This document shows positions 19,426 to 28,354 of a stretch of 64,000 nt of DNA, in pieces (position 1 is the first letter of the stretch; the number at the start of each line of letters is the position of its first letter). The position numbers and the translations under genes are program-made. The DNA comes from Planctomycetota bacterium. Lineage in GTDB: Bacteria; Planctomycetota; Phycisphaerae; UBA1845. The notes under the pieces were generated by a model. It had not been told where the DNA came from. It saw only the letters and a list, made by a program, of their open reading frames with translations, and did no database searches. The stretch is taken from positions 671-64,670 of the forward strand of contig JACQFE010000074.1 in assembly GCA_016200265.1 (NCBI GenBank). The letters run 5' to 3'.

Positions 19426-21945
19426 ATGGACTCTGAACGATACCAGAGAATTGCGGACCTGTTCGACAGGATTTCCCGACTGAGCGGCGACGAGCAATCG
19501 GCGGAACTCAACAAGATCGGCGCGGCGGATCCCGACCTGCGCCAAGAATTGGAGGCCTTTCTCCGCCAGAACGACGAACTTCCACCATTCCTGAGAACGC
19601 CGGTCATCGACGATGTCATGAAGAGCCTCAGCGGCGCGCCATCGTCGGCAAGCAATGACGTGCAAACACCGGAGCGAATCGGCAGTTACACCATTCGCCG
19701 CAAATTGGGTGAGGGCGGAATGGGCGTTGTGTACCTGGCTGAACAAGACGAGCCAAGGCGCCCGGTGGCGGTCAAGGTCGTGCGACCCGAAGCCATGTCA
19801 GGTCACATGCGGCGGCGCTTTCAGCAGGAGGCGCGCGTGCTGGGGCTGCTTCAACATCCGGGAATTGCTCAAATTTACGAGGCCGGAACCGCTGTATCCG
19901 ACGGTCGCGAACTGGCCTTCTTCGCCATGGAGTTCGTTGAAGGCACTCCCCTCACGGCGTATGCCGAAAGCCGGCAACTATCGCACCGCGCTCGATTGGA
20001 ATTACTGGCAGCGATCTGCGATGCCATCCATCATGCGCATCAAAAAGGTGTGATACATCGCGACCTTAAGCCGGACAACATTCTCGTTGACCCTGCGGGG
20101 CAGCCGAAGGTTCTGGACTTCGGAGTTGCAAATGCGACCGATGCGGACATCAAGACGCTCTCGATTGAGACGCAGAGCGGGCAACTCGTCGGCACTCTTC
20201 CCTATATGAGTCCGGAGCAAGCCCTGGGCGATTCCGACGCCGTCGATACCCGATGCGACGTGTACGCGCTGGGAGTTATCACATACGAACTCCTTGCTCA
20301 CGAATTACCGTTGGACTTACGGCGCAGCTCCATTGTGGAAGCGGCACGCATTATTCGTGAAGAAGAGCCGAAGCGTCTCGGCCAGGTCAGTCGGGCCTTT
20401 CGAGGCGACATCGAGACGATTGTCGCCAAGTCATTGGAGAAGGACCGTGATCGCCGCTATGCGTCCGCGGCCGAACTCGGCGCGGACATTCGACGCTATC
20501 TCAATGATGATCCGATCATTGCCCGTCCCGCTTCGACCATCTATCAGCTTAGCAAGTTCGCACGGCGCCACCGCGGCGTCGCCGCTGGCGGCTGCATTGC
20601 GGCTCTGGCGTTGATCTGCGGTAGCGCGGTCGCCATCTGGCAAGGCCTTGAGGCCCGATCGGCCCAACGAATCGCCGAGCACCGCTTCGCGGACCTTCAA
20701 AGTTTTGCGCACAGTGTGATCCTCGAGTATCCAAAGATACAGGGAACGAAGGGCGACACGAAAGCTCGGGAGTTTCTCACCAGGACCACGCTGCAATACC
20801 TAGACGGCATGGCCCGGGATACGCGCGGGCTGGATCGGAAAATTCTGGAAGATCTCGCTCTCGCCTACAGCGCGACCGGCGATGTCCTCGGCCGACCCAA
20901 TGGGCCCAACCTAGGTGACCCCAAAGCGTCCCTCGAGAGCTACCAAAAATCCGTGAGCCTTTTCGAGAACCTGGTCGCTCATGATCCGGACAACATCGAG
21001 TCCAAGCGCAACCTTGCCATCACCTGCGAGCGAATCGGCAACCTCTATCTCCAGGACCAGCAGTACGACCAGGCTCTGGTTGTCTTTCGCAAGAGTCACG
21101 ACCTCAAACTGGCCGTTGCGGACAAACACGAGATGGGATCGCGGGATCTGTCGTTCAGCTATAACAAACTCGGTGATGTCTACATCAAATTAGGTCGCAC
21201 GGAAGAAGCGTATGACATGTATGTTAAGAGTCTGGATATCCGGAAACGGCTCGCCGAGAGCAAACCCCAGGATGGCGAGATACAGCGCGCCTACACGGTT
21301 GGCCTGAACCGCGTCGCGGATGTTCTCATCGAGCTGAAGAGAGAAGCCGAAGCGCTCGAGCTATATCAAGCTTCTTTGCGGCGACGCGTGGACTTTGCAA
21401 TCGCTCAACCGGACAACGCGCAAGCCACCATGGATCTCGGGGTGGGCCGTTTCAAACTCGCGCTGGTTCTCGCACGTCTTGATCGGTTGGACGAAGCGCT
21501 TCCTGCCTTTGAGTCCGCTCGGGCCATCTTGCGCCGCATGGCCGACGCCGACCCGAGTAACACGACGGTACAGACCGGCGCTGCGGAAGTATCCGGGGAG
21601 ATGGGTCGGGCGCTCTTCGAAGCCGGACGCCTTGACGCCGCGCTTCCGGAGTTGACGGCGTACACGCAGGAGATGGAACGGGCCATGCCCGAGGACAAAA
21701 TGACGGCGGGCATTCGTGAGCAACTGGCAACCGGCCATCGTCGTCGTGGACAGGCGCACTTAGCGCTGGCGCATGCGGAACACGCGACGCCCGAACAATC
21801 ACATCAGCATAAGGCAGACGGATGCGCGGCGTTGTGCCGCGCGATTCGGCTCTATCGATCGCTCGAAGACAGCGACAAACGAATGCCACCGGAACTGTCC
21901 GTTGAGCTTTCTGAATGCTCGGAATTCGACTGCGCCGTACCGTAG
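19426..21945 (+). CDS. Ser/Thr protein kinase with one TM helix and a C-terminal TPR-like domain
   Basis: Hanks kinase motifs are GEGGMGVVY, VAVK, HRDLKPDNIL, DFGVA and PYMSPEQ. TM helix reads VAAGGCIAALALICGSAVAIW. Repeated TPR-like helices fill the C-terminal 400 aa. Confidence 0.9.
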   Translation: MDSERYQRIADLFDRISRLSGDEQSAELNKIGAADPDLRQELEAFLRQNDELPPFLRTPVIDDVMKSLSGAPSSASNDVQTPERIGSYTIRRKLGEGGMGVVYLAEQDEPRRPVAVKVVRPEAMSGHMRRRFQQEARVLGLLQHPGIAQIYEAGTAVSDGRELAFFAMEFVEGTPLTAYAESRQLSHRARLELLAAICDAIHHAHQKGVIHRDLKPDNILVDPAGQPKVLDFGVANATDADIKTLSIETQSGQLVGTLPYMSPEQALGDSDAVDTRCDVYALGVITYELLAHELPLDLRRSSIVEAARIIREEEPKRLGQVSRAFRGDIETIVAKSLEKDRDRRYASAAELGADIRRYLNDDPIIARPASTIYQLSKFARRHRGVAAGGCIAALALICGSAVAIWQGLEARSAQRIAEHRFADLQSFAHSVILEYPKIQGTKGDTKAREFLTRTTLQYLDGMARDTRGLDRKILEDLALAYSATGDVLGRPNGPNLGDPKASLESYQKSVSLFENLVAHDPDNIESKRNLAITCERIGNLYLQDQQYDQALVVFRKSHDLKLAVADKHEMGSRDLSFSYNKLGDVYIKLGRTEEAYDMYVKSLDIRKRLAESKPQDGEIQRAYTVGLNRVADVLIELKREAEALELYQASLRRRVDFAIAQPDNAQATMDLGVGRFKLALVLARLDRLDEALPAFESARAILRRMADADPSNTTVQTGAAEVSGEMGRALFEAGRLDAALPELTAYTQEMERAMPEDKMTAGIREQLATGHRRRGQAHLALAHAEHATPEQSHQHKADGCAALCRAIRLYRSLEDSDKRMPPELSVELSECSEFDCAVP

Positions 21946-22040
21946 TCGCGGCCCATGCCTGCCGTCGGCTCGCAAATCGAGTACGCGAACGTGGCCATGC
22001 TGGAATCGGCGATCAAAGGCCGCACACCGATGTGAGAAAC

Positions 22041-22190
22041 GTCGAATAGTCGAAAAGTCGAAACATCGAAACGAAAGCGATACGAAGTAATCCGCAGATT
22101 GCACAGATTCGCGCCGATTTGGCTGTGAAGTGATACTTTCAGATGGGTTCGTTTGTGAGAATAATTTTCACCAATGTCATACTGTGGCAC
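22041..22190. repeat. Composite interspersed repeat, copy 1 (TCGAAA-rich module + conserved core ending TGTGGCAC)
   Basis: The core at 22130-22190 matches the reverse complement of 47711-47772, including a perfect 21-nt run actttcagatgggttcgtttg. A gtcgaa(a/t)ag.. module at 22041-22078 precedes it, as in copy 2. Confidence 0.8.
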
Positions 22191-22431
22191 TTTGTTAAGA
22201 CTGAAGAGCGAAGAGTGATGATTGAAAAAAGCGGCGGAATCTGTCGAAATGGAGGAGCATGAGAGCCCTTCCACAAAGATCTGAAAGGCGCAGTTCGCAA
22301 TGGATGGGTGGACGAATTGCATGGCGGTGGCGATTTCAATGGCTGTTGCCTCCTGCGAAGATAACTTCAGGGGTGGTTGGTGAATTTTGGGTGACAGTAG
22401 AGCGCGGGGAAACTGCGATCGTAAGCGGGCA

Positions 22432-23108
22432 TTCGGCCGGAGGCCGAGCGAACGGTTGCCAGGGACTTTCAGTCCCTGGATGATGATGCCTCCAGACACA
22501 ATCTTCTTTCTTGTTATTCTTTTCCACCCGGAGGGTGGACGAGATTGTTATGCCGAGCGCCTGGACACAGAACTTCTATCATGCCCTGTTCAGCACCAAG
22601 CGCCGTTCGCAATTGATCACTCCCGAAATCGAGACCCGCCTCTATCCGTTCATCGGAGGGATCGCGCGCGACCTGCGCTGTCACCTCGAAGCGATAAACG
22701 GCATGCCCGATCATGTGCATGTCTTGGTGCGCTATCGGGTGGATTTGTCGCATTCTGATCTATTGCAACAGATCAAAGGTCGGTCCTCGAAATGGATCAA
22801 TGAAACTTTCTCGCAAGTCGGGCACTTTGGATGGCAGGAGGGTTATGGCGGTTTCACCGTGAGCAAGTCGGCCGCATCGAGGTTCATCGAGTACATCGCA
22901 AATCAGAAAGAGCATCATAAGAAGCAGGATTTCCAAACCGAATTTCTGGAATTGCTCCGAAGGCACGGCATCGAGTTCAATGAAGCGGATGTGTTTGTGT
23001 GAGGATTCGTTCGCCCTCCGGGCGAAAGAAAGAAATTGGGGTTGGTAGTGGCTCCCACTTCCAGGGGCTAAAGCCGCCTGGCAACCGATCGTGCGCCCTC
23101 CGGGCGAA
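22432..23108 (+). mobile_element. RAYT/IS200-like Y1 transposase gene flanked by inverted REP-like double-hairpin arms
   Basis: The left arm (22432-22479) and the reverse complement of the right arm (23061-23108) match at 37 of 48 positions. Both share TTCGSCCGGAGGSCG...CGGTTGCCAGG...CCCTGG. Each arm holds two short hairpins (tcggcc-gga-ggccga and ccaggg-N9-ccctgg). Confidence 0.75.
22550..23002 (+). CDS. IS200/IS605-family Y1 (HUH) transposase, REP-associated tyrosine transposase (RAYT)-like
   Basis: Track ORF 22511..23002; the likely start is ATG 22550 (MPSAWTQNFYHALFSTKRR). HUH motif is MPDHVHVLV. Also present are WQEGYGGFTVS and the C-terminal YIANQKEHH (Y-x-x-Q) Tyr motif. Confidence 0.8.
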   Translation: MPSAWTQNFYHALFSTKRRSQLITPEIETRLYPFIGGIARDLRCHLEAINGMPDHVHVLVRYRVDLSHSDLLQQIKGRSSKWINETFSQVGHFGWQEGYGGFTVSKSAASRFIEYIANQKEHHKKQDFQTEFLELLRRHGIEFNEADVFV

Positions 23109-23232
23109 AAGCGGGCACGTCTGGCGTGATTGGGGTCATGCAAGAAAATCATGTCCCCAGGTTGCAAAAGGCAAACATGGGACACGCGGTCTATTTTCTT
23201 AGCGCTGTTGGAAGAAACAAACCTCGAATGGC

Positions 23233-23694
23233 TCATTCATTCGGCAGGTCAAGTCTGACTCCAAAATAGCCCTTGTCGTCACCACCTCGATCCCAACCAC
23301 CTCGTATTACTGCGGGGCATCTGCAAATCAGGCGCGGATGGCCAACTTCCTTAAGTCGTCGCCGGTATTCTCGAGCATTCTTTCGAGAAAGATACCCGAC
23401 CGTCCTTTCATCGATGTCAACGCGAACGGCAAGCTTGTCGTATGGGTTATTATCTTCAAGCACGAGGGTTGCAGTGACGTATTTCTCTACCCCGTCTCGC
23501 GTCTTGCCCCCGCAGATTCTTTCGAGTGATTGCTGGTAGTGCGATTCACCAACTACCTCGATTTCGAATTCGCCAGAACTGGCAAGTGAACCAGTTTGTG
23601 GTCTGAAAAGACCTGTGTATCCGCGCTTTAGCGTTCGCCACAGGACATAGAACGCAAATACGAGAACCGCAATAGTGAACCATTCGTTACTCAT
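23233..23694 (-). CDS. HIRAN-domain protein with N-terminal TM helix
   Basis: The 153-aa ORF starts with the TM helix WFTIAVLVFAFYVLW. The HIRAN-like pattern reads VVGESHYQ...ATLVLEDNNPYDKLAVRVDIDERTVGYLSRKNA. Confidence 0.65.
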   Translation of the reverse strand: MSNEWFTIAVLVFAFYVLWRTLKRGYTGLFRPQTGSLASSGEFEIEVVGESHYQQSLERICGGKTRDGVEKYVTATLVLEDNNPYDKLAVRVDIDERTVGYLSRKNAREYRRRLKEVGHPRLICRCPAVIRGGWDRGGDDKGYFGVRLDLPNE

Positions 23695-23776
23695 AAGTGT
23701 GCGATCTCATGAGACTAGACATCCCATTTTCGCAATAATTTGCTGCTGAGCAACACTCGCTGAAAGAGGCGCATCC

Positions 23777-23810
23777 AAAAAAAGGAGCACAAAGTGAATC
23801 TTTGCGCTCC
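23777..23810 (-). terminator. Rho-independent terminator of the DUF1264 gene
   Basis: On the minus strand an 11-bp stem with one mismatch (ggagcgcaaag / ctttgtgctcc) is followed directly by a T7 run. It lies ~40 nt after the stop at 23852. Confidence 0.7.
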
Positions 23811-23851
23811 CCGTGTCTCGACGTTTCGATTTTTCGACGTTTGGACTTTTC

Positions 23852-24601
23852 CTACCGCTGCGGTTCGTCGGGGCCGGTGGCGGTCCAGCGGCGGCCGAGT
23901 TCAGAGATTGATTTGGGCGGCGGGATGTTCGGAACGGAGTAGCCCATTGACGCACGTCGAGCGCGGATCGCCGCAGAGCTGATGTTGAACTTTGAATCGC
24001 GCTCCTCAATGAGCTTGGCATCGACCTGACCGTCGCCGTTGGCCGACCACATGAGCATCGGCTCACCCAGCGGCATATCCGTGGATGGATCGCGCCAGGT
24101 GTGCCAGGTCTTGCCCCATGTCGTGATCAAACCGGGGAACATGCTGTCACCCTGATCCGCAAGGTCCGGGGCGATGAGATGACCTGCAAGAATTTCATAG
24201 GCGTGAGGATGCCAATATTTTTTCTCCGCGTCGGGAAGGGCCTTGTACTGCGCGTCGTCGATAATGTACTCGATGCCGATCAACTTGGGGTCCGGGCCGC
24301 GAGAATCAAAGATCACGCACTGGTGCATCTTGTTTCCCTGCGGCGAGCAATAATGATGGGCCTGCACCTGGAACGAAGGATTCTCCTTGGAAATGTGAAA
24401 CGCGCACAAATAGAGGTGCAATTTGCTGAACGGTGCCCAATTCTCGGGATGCTTCTGCATCATGCTTTCGCCGTCGTCGCCATGATGTGACTGTGCACGC
24501 AAGCCGTTCGGTGCGGCCGCAAACCAAACCATCACCGCCAACATCGCCAAACCGAAGCCCAAATAATGCTTTCTTGCTCTTATTGCCGCCATTTGCTGCA
24601 A
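23852..24601 (-). CDS. DUF1264 (OBAP-like) family protein, secreted
   Basis: Signal peptide reads LGFGLAMLAVMVWFAAAPNGLRA. Family-typical stretches are LHLYLCAFH, VQAHHYCS, HQCVIFDS and KLIGIEYIIDDAQYKALPDAEKKYWHPHAYEI. Confidence 0.7.
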   Translation of the reverse strand: MQQMAAIRARKHYLGFGLAMLAVMVWFAAAPNGLRAQSHHGDDGESMMQKHPENWAPFSKLHLYLCAFHISKENPSFQVQAHHYCSPQGNKMHQCVIFDSRGPDPKLIGIEYIIDDAQYKALPDAEKKYWHPHAYEILAGHLIAPDLADQGDSMFPGLITTWGKTWHTWRDPSTDMPLGEPMLMWSANGDGQVDAKLIEERDSKFNISSAAIRARRASMGYSVPNIPPPKSISELGRRWTATGPDEPQR

Positions 24602-24849
24602 CCTCCTTGTCGTGAAGTGAATGGCTGGTCGGACGACTTCCGCGCGAAGTCCATCGCCAACCAGCGGTCAAGAATATCGCGATCTTTGGCCGCTGCAATC
24701 AAAATTTTTGTACGGTCCCGAAGATTTGAAGTACGCTCCTATCTTCCTGGCGGATTACGGGCTTCTTTCTTGGATTCCGCTGCCTCGGTGAACTAAAATT
24801 GTGAAATAGCACGGGACTCATTGAGGAGCATCGCGGTTCATAACGACTT

Positions 24850-26301
24850 ATGTCGCAATATCTTTCACAATCCATGAATCAGCAGATGCGGCTGGAGCAG
24901 AAGCTCACGCCGCGGCTGATCCAGTCCATGGCCATCCTGCAAAAGCCGGTTGCGGACCTGGAAGCCCATGTGGCCGAAGCGTTGGAGACCAATGCGGCGC
25001 TGGAAGTGGTTGGTGACGATGTCCCTCAGACCGAAGACAACGAAGCATCGGACCGGGAATCGAAGATTCCCAAATCCGCGGAGGAATATGGTTTTGCGCG
25101 GGCGGAGCGGTACCGGCGAGAATTTGATTCTGATGAGTCAGGCTTTCGGCCGCGGGCGGCTTCGAGCGATGAAATCGATCCAAAGCTGGCGGCGATGGCG
25201 AATACTGAGGGACGCCCGGAAAGTCTACAGGAACATCTCCTGGGCCAATGGTCGCTTCTCGACATGGACGACGCCACGCGGCATGCGGGGGAAACGATCA
25301 TCAACCGGCTCGACCCGGACGGTTATTTGCGAGCGGATTTGAATGAGGTCGCGGCGACCGCCCGGCCGCCAGTTGAACCAAGAATTGCCGAAGATGCGTT
25401 AACGCTGATCCATGATCTCGATCCGCCGGGAATTGGCGCGCGCACCACCGTGGAGTGCCTGCTCTTGCAGCTCGATAGACTTCCTGGCGACAACAACGTG
25501 GAGCGCACTCTCATCACTCAGCACCTCGACGACATCGCGCACAATCGTTTGCCGCAGATCGCGAAAGTGACCGGATACGGCGTCGGGGAAATTATCGAAG
25601 CGATTCGCGTGATGCGATCCAAGCTTGTTCTGCATCCCGGATATCTGATCTCCAAGGAAGGTGCACCACCGGTTCGACCTGATGTAATCATTGAATTCGC
25701 CTTGACAGGCAGTGATTTGATTGTCCGACTCGCCCGAGGGAATGCGCCCGAATTGCGGATTCGCGGTGACGTCGCGGCGCTGGCCAAATCAAGCGATAAA
25801 CCGCTGGAGGTGCGTGAGTTCGCCCGAAAGCACGTCGAAGAGGCCTCAGCGCTGATCGACGCAGTGCAATTTCGCAGGCGTCGTGTGCTCCAGGTTGCGG
25901 AGGCGATCGTCCAACACCAGCGGGAGTTTTTTGATTCCGGTCCGTCGGGGCTCAAGACGCTGAAGATGAGCGATCTCGCGCCGGAATTGAAGTGCGATCC
26001 GTCGACGATCAGTCGCGCCGTCGCCGACAAGTACATGCAGACGCCGTGGGGGATTTATCCGATGCGATATTTCTTCACGGGTGGCACTGAAACGGAGGAA
26101 GGCGAAAGCATCGGGTGGGATCGCATCAAATCGCGAGTGAAAGAGGTCGTAGAAGGCGAGGACAAGGATCGCCCGCTCAGCGATGACCAGATTGCGACCA
26201 TGCTCGCAAAAGAAGGCCTCGACATTTCGCGCCGAACCGTCGCCAAATATCGGCAACAGCTTGATATTCCCGCGGCAAAACAGCGCAAGAGTTTTCGCTG
26301 A
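24850..26301 (+). CDS. rpoN: RNA polymerase sigma-54 factor
   Basis: The N-terminal Gln/Leu-rich region I reads MNQQMRLEQKLTPRLIQSMAILQ. The C-terminal HTH and RpoN box read LSDDQIATMLAKEGLDISRRTVAKYRQQL. Confidence 0.9.
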   Translation: MSQYLSQSMNQQMRLEQKLTPRLIQSMAILQKPVADLEAHVAEALETNAALEVVGDDVPQTEDNEASDRESKIPKSAEEYGFARAERYRREFDSDESGFRPRAASSDEIDPKLAAMANTEGRPESLQEHLLGQWSLLDMDDATRHAGETIINRLDPDGYLRADLNEVAATARPPVEPRIAEDALTLIHDLDPPGIGARTTVECLLLQLDRLPGDNNVERTLITQHLDDIAHNRLPQIAKVTGYGVGEIIEAIRVMRSKLVLHPGYLISKEGAPPVRPDVIIEFALTGSDLIVRLARGNAPELRIRGDVAALAKSSDKPLEVREFARKHVEEASALIDAVQFRRRRVLQVAEAIVQHQREFFDSGPSGLKTLKMSDLAPELKCDPSTISRAVADKYMQTPWGIYPMRYFFTGGTETEEGESIGWDRIKSRVKEVVEGEDKDRPLSDDQIATMLAKEGLDISRRTVAKYRQQLDIPAAKQRKSFR

Positions 26302-26657
26302 AAGCCACTCCCGGTGTTCAGTATGATAGGAACTCAGCACAGTGGTTCACGCTCATTAGGCATTTCGTTGCGGTCGTTCGACGAGCACCAAACATCCGAC
26401 ACCCGCCAGATCGTCGACCTCGCCCTCTCATTCATGGCTCTATTCGCCATCCGCGGCTCCTTTCAAACCAGGATCGCGAACTCCATCTGCACCTGTAGAC
26501 ACTTGAGATGGTTTCTTCAATTCGACGATCGTGCCGTTTGTCCGTCCCCGTTTGACGACCGACTCGGCGGGGTACACAATCATGGTGCGATCGATCATGC
26601 GGCCATGCCACCGCCCTGACAAGAAGCGATGGACCGGCCTTTTTGCACAGAACCTGA

Positions 26658-28349
26658 GTGAGCGACATGACATACTCCCTGCTCGCAGTGGGCCTTGAGC
26701 CTGCGATCTACACGAACCCCGTCAAGATTATGATCGTCGTGCTTGCGCTGTTTGGCTGGGCATTGGCGGCACAATGGGTCGACCGCGACGCGGACGTCGT
26801 CAAGACGCAGCGCGAACAATGGAACATGATCACCCTGTGCGGCGGTGCGGTCGGGTTTCTCGTGCTGTTCGTCGCCCCGTGGAAGGACAATCTATTCACT
26901 CTAGGCATGATCTTCTGGCTGCTTATCGCCGGCGGCGCATTGGTCGGATACCTGCTGCACCGTAATGGGCGAGTCGTCCCCGAAGCTCGCGTACTCACAA
27001 TCGGCCACTTGAAGCGGGCGGTCACGCGAGGCGGCCGGCAATCCGGTTCGAAATCCGAAAAAGGACTTCGCGTCCGCATCACCGATCATGCCGGCAAGTT
27101 CGTCGAAATGCCCAACAAACCGGACGAGGCGAAATCATTCGATGCAGTGCAGGATTTCCTGCACAATATGCTGTTTCGGCGGGCCGACGACATCGAAATG
27201 GTCGCAGGCAAGGACAATTACCGCGTCGTCTATCGAGTGGACGGCGTCGCCACGGAGCTCCCCGATGGTCTGGCCGCAAATGATGGCGAGCGAATCTTTC
27301 GAGAACTCAAACGCGTCGCAGGGCTGAATGTCGAAGAAATCCGCCGGCCACAAACCGGTAAGATTCAAGCTGCATTGCTGAGCCAAACGGGAGATCCCGG
27401 GTTCACCGAAGTTCGCTCATCCGGAACAACGGCCGGCGAACGTCTGAGCCTTCACGTTCAGCATGGTCCTGTGCTGGTGAAACTCCCGGAACTTGGATTT
27501 CACGAATCCCGCATGGAGCAGCTCAAGAGCATATTGGGCAAATCGCATGGTTTGATTTTGATCACTGCCCCGCCCAAGAATGGACTGACGACCACGCAAT
27601 ACGCGATTCTGCGCAGCCATGATGCGTACATCAACAATATTCACGCATTGGAACGCAAGAAGCTGGTGGAACTGGATAACGTCACGCAGCAGATTTACGA
27701 AGGCACAAACACTGACGTCAATTACGCACGAATGCTTCAGACCGTTCTGCGCCGCGAACCGGACATTGTTCTTGTCGGCGAGTGCGAGGATCGCGAGACG
27801 GCCAAAATCGCCAGCCGCGCCGGCGCTGAAGATCGGAAAATCTACATGGGCATGCCCGCTAAGGACTGCTTCGACGCCCTCAACAAATATACCAATTACA
27901 TCGAAGATAATGCCTTGGCCGCCAAGGCCCTTCTCGGAATCACCAATCAACGCCTCATGCGAATGTTGTGTACCACGTGTCGCGAAGCATTTGAGCCGGA
28001 TGATGCAACACTCAAGAAGCTCAATCTCTCAGCGGATAAAATTCAGCGATTCTATCGTCCGCCGACGGAAAATAAGGTGGACAAGAAGGGGCGACCGATC
28101 GTGTGTCCTGCGTGCCAGGGGACCGGCTATCAAGGCCGCGTGGGTGTGTTCGAGTTGCTTCTCATCACGCCGGACGTCTCCCAGTTGATCGCCGAAGGGG
28201 CGCCGGTCCAGAAGATCAAGGCACAATGTCGCAAGAATCGCATGTACTACCTGCAGGAAGAGGCGCTCCTCAAGGTGATTTCCGGCGTCACCAGCATGAA
28301 CGAGATTCTTCGCGTCATGGGAGCGAATGAACCGAAGCAAGCGGGATAA
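26658..28349 (+). CDS. Membrane-anchored GspE/PilB-family protein with degenerate ATPase motifs
   Basis: The N-terminus has ~3 TM helices. The GspE-like core keeps the Walker-B-like EPDIVLVGECED and the tetra-Cys CTTC...CPAC...GRVGVFELL. The Walker A position reads ITAPPKNGLTTT (27561-27596) instead of GPTGSGKTTT. The His-box region reads RKIYMGMPAKD. Confidence 0.75.
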   Translation: MSDMTYSLLAVGLEPAIYTNPVKIMIVVLALFGWALAAQWVDRDADVVKTQREQWNMITLCGGAVGFLVLFVAPWKDNLFTLGMIFWLLIAGGALVGYLLHRNGRVVPEARVLTIGHLKRAVTRGGRQSGSKSEKGLRVRITDHAGKFVEMPNKPDEAKSFDAVQDFLHNMLFRRADDIEMVAGKDNYRVVYRVDGVATELPDGLAANDGERIFRELKRVAGLNVEEIRRPQTGKIQAALLSQTGDPGFTEVRSSGTTAGERLSLHVQHGPVLVKLPELGFHESRMEQLKSILGKSHGLILITAPPKNGLTTTQYAILRSHDAYINNIHALERKKLVELDNVTQQIYEGTNTDVNYARMLQTVLRREPDIVLVGECEDRETAKIASRAGAEDRKIYMGMPAKDCFDALNKYTNYIEDNALAAKALLGITNQRLMRMLCTTCREAFEPDDATLKKLNLSADKIQRFYRPPTENKVDKKGRPIVCPACQGTGYQGRVGVFELLLITPDVSQLIAEGAPVQKIKAQCRKNRMYYLQEEALLKVISGVTSMNEILRVMGANEPKQAG

Positions 28350-28354
28350 ATAAG

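Noticed and set aside
22041-22078. Short TCGAAA-type iterations here and at 23818-23850, 31470-31497, 47821-47880 and 55985-56020, considered as a CRISPR-like or tandem array.
   Set aside because: The units are only ~7 nt, irregular, and lack spacers. They behave as one module of interspersed intergenic repeats, not a CRISPR array.
21852-22499. A 215-aa minus-strand ORF spanning the kinase 3' end and the intergenic repeats.
   Set aside because: It overlaps the kinase gene and is otherwise composed of translated repeat elements (KRTHLKVSL..., FRLFDVS). A near-identical peptide arises from the unrelated copy at 47.7 kb in another context.
26440-26673. A minus-strand ORF between rpoN and the GspE-like gene whose central part (MIDRTMIVYPAESVVKRGRTNGTIVELKK) looks coding by third-position GC.
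   Set aside because: There is no recognisable family, it overlaps the downstream gene start, and an equally open plus-strand ORF (26314..26619) covers the same DNA. It might be a real small gene, but the evidence is insufficient.
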